Source: Gammaproteobacteria bacterium
GTDB taxonomy: Bacteria; Pseudomonadota; Gammaproteobacteria; UBA5335; SLRW01
Direction of reading: 5' to 3'
DNA length: 64,000 nucleotides
NCBI GenBank assembly: GCA_035638775.1
Contig: DASQZJ010000005.1
Location: forward strand, 728-64,727
Positions 36,830-48,089 of this stretch are shown here, piece by piece; within the stretch, counting starts at the first letter, position 1; each line of letters opens with the position of its first letter. The position numbers were made by a program, and so were the translations under genes. Under the pieces are notes generated by a model. That model did not search any database and was not told the DNA's origin. It was given only the letters and a program-made list of their open reading frames with translations.

Positions 36830-37558
36830 TTAACCGCCGGAGACGCCGCGCGACATCGTCGCCCGCAGCCACGTCTCGGCGATCCCGGCCCAGAGCGCGG
36901 CCCGCCGCCCCAGCAGTACCCCCACGTGCCCGGCGCCCTCGGCGACCACCAGGTCGGCACGGCAACGCTCGCGCAGCGCCGAAATCGCCGCCCGGGAAAC
37001 CTCGCGGTCCGGTGTGCCGTAAAACAACAGCGCGGGACACGCGGGCGTGGCGCAGGCTACGCCGCCGCGCACCCGCTCGAGCACCGCGCCGGATTCGTCC
37101 CGCCACTGCCCCAGCGCGCGTGTGACCGCCGCCTCGTCGGCATCGGGCATGCTCCGCCGGGTGCCCTGGCGGGTCGCCTCCCGTGACCAGCGGACAACCG
37201 CGGGCAGCCGCTGACCGCCGCGGGATCCCGGGCGGCCCGGCGTGCCTTCGGGCGACACCGGATTGACCAGGCACAGCGCTGCCGCCGACACTTCGCCGGC
37301 GACCGCCAGAGCCATCAGTCCGCCAAGGCTGGCGCCCGCCAGCGCCACCGGGCCGTGGTCGCCCGCCCCCGTCGCAGCGGCACGCACCCGGTCCAGGTAG
37401 TCCTCGAAACGAAGTGCCGCGAGGTCACGGCCGTCACCCTGGAGATCCACCGCCTCGCAGCACCAGCCGGAGGCCCGGAACACGGGCAGCCAGGCTTCCC
37501 ACTCCCATGGCCCGCCGCCCGCGCCATGGACGAACACGACCTTCCCCGCGGCGCTCAC
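36830..37558 (-). CDS. Alpha/beta-fold hydrolase
   Basis: It has VVFVHGAGGGPWEW and the nucleophile elbow LAGASLGG. GTG start in a GTGA overlap with the mazG stop. Confidence 0.7.
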   Translation of the reverse strand: MSAAGKVVFVHGAGGGPWEWEAWLPVFRASGWCCEAVDLQGDGRDLAALRFEDYLDRVRAAATGAGDHGPVALAGASLGGLMALAVAGEVSAAALCLVNPVSPEGTPGRPGSRGGQRLPAVVRWSREATRQGTRRSMPDADEAAVTRALGQWRDESGAVLERVRGGVACATPACPALLFYGTPDREVSRAAISALRERCRADLVVAEGAGHVGVLLGRRAALWAGIAETWLRATMSRGVSGG

Positions 37559-38391
37559 TGTCGACCGTCGTCCTCCGCCGACCCGGGCTCCTCGCCGTCG
37601 CCGCCCTTCGCCTGGCGCCAGTACCGCTCCATCTCGTCGCGATGCTCCCGCGCCGGGCGCAGCCCGCGCTCGCGCAACAGGGCCTCGACGTGCCGGAAAC
37701 GGCGCTCGAACTTGCGAGTGGCCCGCCGCAGCGCGGCCTCGGGATCGATCTCGAGGTGCCGGGACAGGTTGGTAAGCGAAAACAGCAGGTCGCCCAGCTC
37801 TTCCTCGACCTCGTCGACGTCGGGCGTCTGTTCCAGCGCCTCCTTGAGCTCCAGCAACTCCTCCTCGACCTTGTCCAGCGCGCCCTCGGCGTCGTCCCAG
37901 TCGAACCCGACGCGGCCCGCGCGGCGCCCGACCTTCGCGGCCCGGCTCAGGGCCGGCAGTGCCGCCGGCACCCCGTCCAGCTCGCTCGCCCCGGCACCCG
38001 AATCGCGCACGCGCTCCTGCGCCTTGATGTGCTCCCAGGAGCGCCGCTGCTCGCCGGCGTCCGCGACCCGGGCGTCGCCGAACACGTGGGGATGGCGCCG
38101 CACCAGCTTGCCCGTCAGCGCGGCGACCACCGCGTCGAAGTCGAACAGCGACAGCTCCTCGGCCAGGCGGGAAAGGAACAGCACCTGGAACAGCAGGTCG
38201 CCGAGCTCGTCCCGCAGGTGCCTCAGGTCCCCCGACTCCACCGCGTCGGCGACCTCGTAGGCCTCCTCCAGGGTATGCGGCACGATGCTGCGGAAATCCT
38301 GCGCCAGGTCCCAGGGGCAGCCCTCCTCCGGATCCCGCAGGCGGGCCATGATTGCGAGCAGCGAGCCGATGCCCCGTCCGCCGGCACTCAT
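37555..38391 (-). CDS. mazG: Nucleoside triphosphate pyrophosphohydrolase MazG (tandem domains)
   Basis: 278 aa, with CPWDLAQDFRSIVPHTLEEAYEVADAV and a second EEELGDLLFSL repeat. Confidence 0.9.
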   Translation of the reverse strand: MSAGGRGIGSLLAIMARLRDPEEGCPWDLAQDFRSIVPHTLEEAYEVADAVESGDLRHLRDELGDLLFQVLFLSRLAEELSLFDFDAVVAALTGKLVRRHPHVFGDARVADAGEQRRSWEHIKAQERVRDSGAGASELDGVPAALPALSRAAKVGRRAGRVGFDWDDAEGALDKVEEELLELKEALEQTPDVDEVEEELGDLLFSLTNLSRHLEIDPEAALRRATRKFERRFRHVEALLRERGLRPAREHRDEMERYWRQAKGGDGEEPGSAEDDGRQ

Positions 38392-39002
38392 GCGCGGAGC
38401 TTCTCGTACAGGTTCACCAGCATGCCCGCCGTGGCGCCCCAGATCACCCGACCGCGGTACTCGATCACGTAGTAACGCAGCCGCCGCCCGTCGCGCTCCG
38501 CCTGGCGAACCTGGTGGTTGCCGGAATCCAGCACGTACTCCAGGGGCACCTCGAACACGTCCGCCACCTCGATCTCGTCGACACGCAGCGTGAAGTCCGG
38601 ACGCACGAAGCCGACCACCGGGGTGACGCAGAACCCTGTCACCGTGACGTAGGGGTCGAGATAACCGGTCACGCGCACGAAGCCCGCGTCGATGCCGATC
38701 TCCTCCCGCGTCTCCCGCAGCGCCGTCGCCACCGCGTCACGGTCGCCGGGCTCGGCGCGGCCGCCGGGGAAGCTCACCTGCCCCGCGTGCTGGCGCAGGT
38801 GATCGGTGCGCCGGGTCAGCAGCACCTGCAGCCCTTGCCCGCGTTCCACCAGCGGCACCAGCACCGCGGCGGGGCGAAGCCGCTCCGGGGACACCGGCAG
38901 CCGATCCAGCGAAACGTTCAGGTCGCCCGTGTACGCCGACAGCTCTTGCGGCGGCGGCGCCTCGCGCGTGCCGGCGAGCCGCCGGCGGATCCGTTCCTGC
39001 AT
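38388..39002 (-). CDS. NUDIX hydrolase, CoA pyrophosphatase type (NudL-like)
   Basis: This is the last 204 codons of ORF 38388..40346 (MQERIRRRLAG). It has the Nudix box GGRAEPGDRDAVATALRETREEIG and the upstream LTRRTDHLRQHAGQVSFPGG typical of CoA pyrophosphatases. ATGA overlap with mazG. Confidence 0.8.
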   Translation of the reverse strand: MQERIRRRLAGTREAPPPQELSAYTGDLNVSLDRLPVSPERLRPAAVLVPLVERGQGLQVLLTRRTDHLRQHAGQVSFPGGRAEPGDRDAVATALRETREEIGIDAGFVRVTGYLDPYVTVTGFCVTPVVGFVRPDFTLRVDEIEVADVFEVPLEYVLDSGNHQVRQAERDGRRLRYYVIEYRGRVIWGATAGMLVNLYEKLRA

Positions 39003-39022
39003 TCGCTGCCTGCCTTCGCGGG

Positions 39023-42039
<3,017 letters not shown>

Positions 42040-42045
42040 GCACCG

Positions 42046-43236
42046 ATGTCCCGGCCGCGTTCGTGGAACCACCTGCTCGGGGGCCTTGATGCGCCGGCCT
42101 TCCTGCGCGAGCACTGGCAGAAGCGGCCACTGCTGGTGCGCGGGGCCCTGCCGGACCCGGAACCGCCCCTGACCGCCGAGGAGCTGGCCGGCCTGGCCTG
42201 CGAGGAGGAGGTCGAGTCCCGGCTGGTGCTGCACCCCGATGTCGACACCTGGGAGCTGCGCCACGGCCCGATCCCCGAGGAGGACTTTCCCCGCCTGCCG
42301 GAGCGCGACTGGACGCTGCTGGTGCAGGACGTGGACAAGTGGGTGCCGGAAGCCGCCGCCCTGCTCGAGCGGTTTCGCTTCCTGCCCTCCTGGCGCCGGG
42401 ACGATGTCATGCTCAGCTACGCCGCGCCGGGCGGCGGTGTGGGCCCCCACTGGGACGACTACGACGTATTCCTGGTGCAGCTGCAGGGCCGGCGCCGCTG
42501 GCGGATCGCGCATCGCTTCGACCGCGAGGCCCTGGTGCCGGACTGCGACCTGCGCATCCTGTCCCGTCTCGAGCCCGAGCGGGAGTGGATCCTCGAGCCC
42601 GGCGACATGCTCTACCTGCCCCCGGGCGTGGCCCACGAGGGTACCGCGGTCGACGCCTGCCTGACCGCCTCGGTGGGGTTCCGGGCCGCCTCGGCGGCGG
42701 AGATGCTCACGGACCTCGCCGGACTGCTGGCGCAGCGCTCCGGCGCCGGACAACGCTTCGCCGATCCCTGGCGTGGCGATGCTTCGGCTGATCCGGGCCT
42801 GATCGACGACCGCAGTCTGGAGACGGTACGGCGCCTGCTGCAGCAGGCATGGGCGATGGCGCCGGGCGAACTCGAGACGTGGTTCGGCCGGTTCATCACC
42901 GAGCCCAAGCCATGGCTGCAGCCGGAGCCGCCGGCCCCCTTGACGCGGGAGGCATTCGCCCGACTGCTCGCCGCGGACGTTCCGCTGGCCCTGCATCCGG
43001 CGTCGCGCCTGGCCCACGCCGAGGTCGCCGCCGGTCGCCACGTACTGTTTGCCGACGGCCGGGCACACCGGCTTCCGCCGGCCCTGGTGCCCCTCGCCCG
43101 CCGGATCTGCGAGCTTTGCGGGGCGGTCCCGGCTTCGCACCTCGAGGCGTCCGGAGACGCCGCCCGCACCCTCCTCCATGCGCTTTACCTGCAGGGTACG
43201 CTGCTCGCCGGGAACGAAGCCGCCCATGAGCGATGA
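42046..43236 (+). CDS. roxA: Cupin-4/JmjC ribosomal oxygenase (RoxA/YcfD-like, 50S L16 Arg hydroxylase)
   Basis: It has GVGPHWDDYDVFLVQLQGRRRW and PPGVAHEG (a His-Asp...His facial triad) plus a winged-helix C-terminus. It follows purB, as ycfD homologs do in other gammaproteobacteria. Confidence 0.8.
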   Translation: MSRPRSWNHLLGGLDAPAFLREHWQKRPLLVRGALPDPEPPLTAEELAGLACEEEVESRLVLHPDVDTWELRHGPIPEEDFPRLPERDWTLLVQDVDKWVPEAAALLERFRFLPSWRRDDVMLSYAAPGGGVGPHWDDYDVFLVQLQGRRRWRIAHRFDREALVPDCDLRILSRLEPEREWILEPGDMLYLPPGVAHEGTAVDACLTASVGFRAASAAEMLTDLAGLLAQRSGAGQRFADPWRGDASADPGLIDDRSLETVRRLLQQAWAMAPGELETWFGRFITEPKPWLQPEPPAPLTREAFARLLAADVPLALHPASRLAHAEVAAGRHVLFADGRAHRLPPALVPLARRICELCGAVPASHLEASGDAARTLLHALYLQGTLLAGNEAAHER

Positions 43237-43660
43237 ACGCCGGCACGCAATCGTGGTGCCATGGGATGGTTTCTCCGGGGCCATCGCGGCGATCCGCGAA
43301 CGGGTTTTCGTCCGCGAGCAGGGCGTGCCGCCGGAGCTTGAATGGGACGGCGAGGATGCCGGCGCGATCCACGTGCTCGCGTTCGCCGGCGACGGCAGCG
43401 CGGTCGGTACCGGCCGCATGCTGGCCACCGGCCAGATCGGACGCATGGCGGTGCTGCCCGGCCATCGCCGGTCCGGGATCGGGGGCGAGATCCTGGAGAT
43501 GCTGATCGCCGAGGGGCACCGGCGCGGCATGCCGGCGCCGTTCCTGCACGCCCAGACCCACGCACTGGACTTCTACCGCGGGCACGGGTTCCACCCGGAG
43601 GGCGGGGTATTCATGGATGCCGGCATTCCGCACCGCCTGATGCGGCGCGCCGGCGACTGA
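43226..43660 (+). CDS. GNAT-family N-acetyltransferase
   Basis: ORF trimmed to MSDERRHAIVV. It has the acetyl-CoA motif GRMAVLPGHRRSGIGGEIL. It overlaps the roxA 3' end by 11 nt. Confidence 0.8.
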   Translation: MSDERRHAIVVPWDGFSGAIAAIRERVFVREQGVPPELEWDGEDAGAIHVLAFAGDGSAVGTGRMLATGQIGRMAVLPGHRRSGIGGEILEMLIAEGHRRGMPAPFLHAQTHALDFYRGHGFHPEGGVFMDAGIPHRLMRRAGD

Positions 43661-43708
43661 TCCGGCTATACTTGCGCCAGGGCTTGGTGGCCGACCGGGA
43701 GACCGGGG

Positions 43709-44194
43709 ATGGAGGAGATCCGGGGATCGCGCGCACTGCACCGCCTCGAGGACAACCTCGATGCGTCAGTCGCACTGGTCGGCCGGGCGCGCCGTCAGGT
43801 GTGCCTGCTTTGTCCCGCGCTGGACCCGCTGCTGTACGGGCGCGAGGAGTTCATCTCGGCGGTGCGCGGGTTCCTTCTCACGAGCACCCGCGCCGGCCTG
43901 CGGGTCCTCGTGCACGACGGCCAGGCTCCAATGCGGCGCGGACATCCCCTCGTGCCGGTGCTGCGGCGGTTTTCCTCGCAGGCCGAATGTCGCCGCGTGG
44001 CCGGCGACTTCCGCGAGCAGACCGACAGCGTGCTGCTGGTCGACGGGCGGATGCTGGTTCACCGGCCCGACGCCGCCGGCTACGAGGGCCACGTCGATGC
44101 CGACCCCCGGCGCGCGCGGACCGCACAGGCCCGGTTCGACGAGATCTGGGAGCACAGCGAGCCGGACCGGGAGCTTCGTCGACTCTACATCTAG
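43709..44194 (+). CDS. Conserved-looking hypothetical protein (161 aa), no motif recognised
   Basis: It has a GGGAG Shine-Dalgarno, coding-like composition and no internal stops. It follows the GNAT gene. No family could be assigned from the sequence alone. Confidence 0.6.
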   Translation: MEEIRGSRALHRLEDNLDASVALVGRARRQVCLLCPALDPLLYGREEFISAVRGFLLTSTRAGLRVLVHDGQAPMRRGHPLVPVLRRFSSQAECRRVAGDFREQTDSVLLVDGRMLVHRPDAAGYEGHVDADPRRARTAQARFDEIWEHSEPDRELRRLYI

Positions 44195-44952
44195 CCCCGT
44201 CCGGGATCCTGACGTCCCGGCCTGCCCGGGTCCTCTGTCAGCGGCCATTCCGGCAGCACGTCCACCGAATCGCTTCCCGCGAGAGCCCCGGCGCACAGGT
44301 AGAGCCGGCAGCCTTCCGCCGACCGAAGCCGGACGCGGGCCCCGGCCGGGCGCCGGACCCAGGTTCCCTCGCCACAGGCGCCCTCGCCGGCATCCACGCT
44401 GCCGGAGAGCACCAGCAGCTCCAGGCCTCCGGCAAAGTCCCGCGTCCCCGTATCGCTCCCCGCCGCCAGCCGGGCCAGCGCGGTCGCTTCCGGGAATCCG
44501 TGCTGGCGGTAGAGCGGGAGTACCTCCACCCCGGGGGCGCAGCCCGGACCCCATTCGCCCGACCGGGTCTGGATGCAGACCTGGCGGCGCCCTGAACCCG
44601 CATACTGGCGAAGCTTCACGAACAACTCGCAGCCGTCTTCCGTCCGGGGTGCGTGGCGGGATCCCGGAGGGTTGAGCAGGTAGCTGCCCGCCGGATAATC
44701 CCCGGTCTCGTCCGAAAACACGCCGCTCAGCACCAGGATCTCCTCGCCCTCGGGATGCGCGTGCGACGGGAAGCGACTGCCCGGCTCGTAGACCACGATG
44801 CTCGTTGCCCGCCCGGACTCGCCGCCGGTCCGGTACAGGGGTTTGCGCCAGACGCCCGGGCTCGGGCTGGCGATCCATTCGCGGGCGCGGCTGTCCACCC
44901 GCGCGGGCTGCGTGATGTCGGTGTTGACGTCCTGCACGGTATCATCCCCCAT
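44191..44952 (-). CDS. Bicupin protein (ChrR-like cupin domains)
   Basis: ORF trimmed to MGDDTVQDVN. It has PSHAHPEGEEILVLSGVFSDETGDYPAGSYLLNPPGSRH plus a second cupin-like half. Confidence 0.65.
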   Translation of the reverse strand: MGDDTVQDVNTDITQPARVDSRAREWIASPSPGVWRKPLYRTGGESGRATSIVVYEPGSRFPSHAHPEGEEILVLSGVFSDETGDYPAGSYLLNPPGSRHAPRTEDGCELFVKLRQYAGSGRRQVCIQTRSGEWGPGCAPGVEVLPLYRQHGFPEATALARLAAGSDTGTRDFAGGLELLVLSGSVDAGEGACGEGTWVRRPAGARVRLRSAEGCRLYLCAGALAGSDSVDVLPEWPLTEDPGRPGRQDPGRG

Positions 44953-45092
44953 GTCGACGGTGCCGGACCCGCGCGGCCCGGGTTGGAACCGATTCCCCGG
45001 TTCGTATATGTTATCCGCCTTCGGGCCCTGACGCCGAACGCGCGTGCGTTCCGGGAGGGCCGAACGCGTCGCACCAGACACCGGGGTATGCC

Positions 45093-45479
45093 ATGCAGGA
45101 CCGACCGCGGCCGGACGAGCTCGCCCGGGCAGTACAGGATTTCCTCCGTGACGAGATCGGACCGCGCATCGACGATCCGCGCCTGCGCTTCCGGCTGCTG
45201 GTCGCGATCAACGGGCTAGGCATGATCGAGCGCGAGCTGCGCGAGGCGGAGCCGCTGATGCGCGACGAGCTCAGCCGGCTGGCGTCCCTGCTCGGCCGCG
45301 ATCCGCCCGAGTGCGGATCCCTGGACTCGCTGCGGGAGGCCCTGCATTCGCTCAACGCGGAGCTGGCGCGCCGCATTCGCGAGGGGGACGCCCCTTCCGG
45401 GACCGCCGATCTGCTGCGGGCGCTCGCCGACGCCAAGCTGAGAATCGTCAATCCGCGCGTCCTGAAGCGCTACGCCTGA
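45093..45479 (+). CDS. Hypothetical helical protein (DUF6285-like by recollection)
   Basis: 128 aa. MQDRPRPDELARAVQDFLRDEI...LRFRLLVAINGLGMIEREL resembles a family usually found beside acyl-CoA dehydrogenase/phosphotransferase genes. The assignment is from memory only. Confidence 0.5.
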   Translation: MQDRPRPDELARAVQDFLRDEIGPRIDDPRLRFRLLVAINGLGMIERELREAEPLMRDELSRLASLLGRDPPECGSLDSLREALHSLNAELARRIREGDAPSGTADLLRALADAKLRIVNPRVLKRYA

Positions 45480-45501
45480 TTCCCGGCGGCCCGCCACGCG
45501 G

Positions 45502-45523
45502 CATCGCCGGCATGCCGGCGATG
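45502..45523. repeat. Perfect 22-bp palindrome CATCGCCGGCATGCCGGCGATG
   Basis: Its self-complementarity was verified base by base. It lies between the DUF6285-like gene and the SDR gene, 35 nt before the SDR ATG. Confidence 0.8.
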
Positions 45524-45557
45524 GCAGCACCAAATTATCCCCAGGGAGAGAACCGGC

Positions 45558-46316
45558 ATGACGATCTTCGATCTGTTCCGTCTCGATGGCTGCGTTGCGC
45601 TCGTCACCGGTGGCTCGCGCGGCATCGGTCTCGAGCTCGCCGATGCGCTGCATCAGGCCGGTGCACGGGTCGCACTGGCGGCACGCCGTCCACGCTTCTT
45701 CGGCCAGGCCCGCGAGCAGATCCCCGATGCGCTCTGCCTCGAGTGCGACGTGATCGACGAGGACTCCGTGCGCGAGGCGGTGGCGGCGACCCGGCGGGAA
45801 CTGGGTCCGATCGACGTGCTGGTGAACTCTGCCGGAGTCTCCTGGGGCGCCCCCGCCGTGGATATGCCCGCCGACCGCTTCCGCCAGGTCATGCAGGTCA
45901 ACGTCGACGGCAGCTTCCTGGCCAGCAAGGCGGTGGCTCCCGCGATGCTCGAGCGCGGTTACGGCAAGATCATCAACATCGCATCGGTCACGGGCCTGCG
46001 CGGCGAGGAACCCGAGATCCTCGACGCGGTGGGCTACAGCGCGAGCAAGGGCGCGGTGATCTCGATGACGCGCGATCTGGCGGTGAAATGGGGACCGTCC
46101 GGCATCCGGGTGAATGCCCTTGCCCCGGGCTATTTCCCCAGCCGCATGACCGAGAAGCTGCTGGAACAGACCGAGTCCCTGCTGTCTGCGAGGATCCCCC
46201 TGCGGCGTATCGGCCGAGCGGGCGAGCTGGCCGGAGCCGGGCTCTTTCTGGCCAGCCCCGCCTCGGACTACGTGAACGGGCACATCCTGGTGGTGGACGG
46301 CGGGCAGACCTGCTGA
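45558..46316 (+). CDS. Short-chain dehydrogenase/reductase (FabG/gluconate-5-DH-like)
   Basis: It has TGGSRGIG, NSAG and YSASKGAV. 252 aa. Confidence 0.85.
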   Translation: MTIFDLFRLDGCVALVTGGSRGIGLELADALHQAGARVALAARRPRFFGQAREQIPDALCLECDVIDEDSVREAVAATRRELGPIDVLVNSAGVSWGAPAVDMPADRFRQVMQVNVDGSFLASKAVAPAMLERGYGKIINIASVTGLRGEEPEILDAVGYSASKGAVISMTRDLAVKWGPSGIRVNALAPGYFPSRMTEKLLEQTESLLSARIPLRRIGRAGELAGAGLFLASPASDYVNGHILVVDGGQTC

Positions 46317-46349
46317 ACATGCCGGGGCACGGCCCCGCCCCGCACGGGC

Positions 46350-47777
46350 TCAGTTATGGGAGGATTCGCCTGAGGCGGCCGCCACGCGCGTCGGCTGGCC
46401 CTTCTGTCGGCGCTCCGCCTCCATCGTATCCAGCGCCTGCTTCAGCGGCTTGATGCGGGTCCTGAACTCGGCCAGGTACTTGTGCGGGATCGGCTTGTCG
46501 CTGGGCAGAGGCACGGTGCGCGGGTTCCGCCAGCGGCCGTTGACCATGATGCCGAAGTGCAGGTGGGGTCCGGTGGCCTCCCCGGTCTGTCCGACGTAGC
46601 CGATCAGCTCCCCCTGGTGCACGTGCATCCCCTTGTGGATGCCCCGGGCGAAGCGGTGCAGGTGGGCGTAGTAGGTCTTGTAGCGGCCGAAGCTCCGGAT
46701 CACGACGAGGTTGCCGTAGCCTCCGTCCCGCCGGGCCCAGACCACGCGCCCGTCGGCCGCGGCATGCACCGGCGTCCCCGTGGGGGCCGCGTAGTCCACG
46801 CCGTAATGCGGTCGCCACACGTGCACCACCGGGTCGTAGCGATGGTAGCTGAACGGCGAGCTGATGTACTTGTAGTGCAGCGGCGCCCGCTCGATGCCCT
46901 TGCTCACGCTCTTGCCGTCGGCCTTGTAATAGCCGGTCTTGCCGTCCGGCAGGGTGAAGCGGTAGGCGCGGTAGCGATGGCCCCGGTTGACGTATTGCGC
47001 AGCGACGATGCCGCCGTTGCGCAGCTTCTGTCCATCCTTCCACAGCTGCCGGTAGACCACCTCGAAGAAGTCACCCGGCCGCACCGACTGGTTGAAGTTC
47101 ACTTCCCACTTGAAGATGTGGGTCAGGTTCATGGTCAGGCGCTGGCTGAGGCCCGCCGACTGCGCCGCCCGGAACAGGGAGTGCTCGACCGTGCCGGTCA
47201 CGCGGGCCTGGCGGTGCTCGACCGGGAGCGCCTGTACGCTGGCCTGGTAGCCCTGCCCGGTGCGCGAAACGACCAGGCGGTGGGTGAGGTCCAGCGGGTA
47301 GCTGAGTGCCTGCAGCCCGCCGCCGGCGGCGATCCGGTAGCGCATTTCCCTGCCGGGCCGCAGGTTCCGCAGGACCTTTCTCGCCTGCGGGACCTTCATC
47401 ACCGGGATCCAGGCGCTGGCGGGCAGGCCCATTTCCTTGAACAGCGCCGACAGCGTGTCGCCCCGCTGCACCGTGACCTTGTGCCAGGGCGGGCTCTCCA
47501 CCGTCGGTATCTGTGCTTCGGCCGCCGTCGCGGGCGAGCCCGCCGCCTGCCCGCTGCCCGCCCCGGGTCCGGCGGTCGTCGAAGCGCTCCGGGAGAGATG
47601 GCCGGGTATCGCCAGCGGGCTCGAGATCTGCCCCAGCGATCCGCCGTGCCCGAAGTGCAGCCAGAGCAAGGCCCCCAGCGCGAGGCCGGCGCCGATCACG
47701 ACCCCCGTGCGGAACCGGCGATCCGCCAGCAGGGAAACCGGCAATGAAAGACTGTCGGCGTCGTTGTGTGAACCCAC
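46350..47777 (-). CDS. M23 murein DD-endopeptidase with OapA/LysM-like domain (MepM-like)
   Basis: It has HKVTVQRGDTLSALF, HYGVDYAAPTGTPVHAAADG and GPHLHF. The GTG at 47777 gives ~25 cytoplasmic residues before the single TM. The start is uncertain. Confidence 0.85.
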   Translation of the reverse strand: MGSHNDADSLSLPVSLLADRRFRTGVVIGAGLALGALLWLHFGHGGSLGQISSPLAIPGHLSRSASTTAGPGAGSGQAAGSPATAAEAQIPTVESPPWHKVTVQRGDTLSALFKEMGLPASAWIPVMKVPQARKVLRNLRPGREMRYRIAAGGGLQALSYPLDLTHRLVVSRTGQGYQASVQALPVEHRQARVTGTVEHSLFRAAQSAGLSQRLTMNLTHIFKWEVNFNQSVRPGDFFEVVYRQLWKDGQKLRNGGIVAAQYVNRGHRYRAYRFTLPDGKTGYYKADGKSVSKGIERAPLHYKYISSPFSYHRYDPVVHVWRPHYGVDYAAPTGTPVHAAADGRVVWARRDGGYGNLVVIRSFGRYKTYYAHLHRFARGIHKGMHVHQGELIGYVGQTGEATGPHLHFGIMVNGRWRNPRTVPLPSDKPIPHKYLAEFRTRIKPLKQALDTMEAERRQKGQPTRVAAASGESSHN

Positions 47778-47999
47778 GGCTACCTCTTGTTGGAGCTCTT
47801 TCGGTCGTGCGATTCCCTGTTCCGGCGCCTTCGCCGCAGCGCGGCATGCCGCGCGAGGGGTAACCTCCCTGACCGTGCCAGCCCGGCAGCCCCGGCCTGC
47901 CCTCACGCGCATTACACCTCAGGAACGCCCGCATGGCAACGCTTTCGAGCGGAACATGGCGCCCGCCGGGGCGGCCCAACCGACAGACGGGTGGGCCCG

Positions 48000-48033
48000 A
48001 ACAAACAAAGCCCCGCGGGCCGAGCCCGCGGGG
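48000..48033 (-). terminator. Rho-independent terminator ending the ligase-IcmF-thiolase-FadB operon
   Basis: The minus strand reads GCCCCGCGGG-CTCGG-CCCGCGGGGC followed by TTTGTTTGTT. A second hairpin, GGCCACCGCC-ggc-GGCGGTGGCC (48067-48089), abuts the stop codon. Confidence 0.65.
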
Positions 48034-48089
48034 CAGTCACGCAAGCGTTCTTTTTGTTGTCCCGGAGGCCACCGCCGGCGGCGGTGGCC

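Noticed and set aside
37555-38391. mazG as an indicator of a mazEF toxin-antitoxin locus
   Set aside because: No small MazE/MazF-like ORFs are present on either side. The neighbours are a NUDIX hydrolase and an alpha/beta hydrolase.
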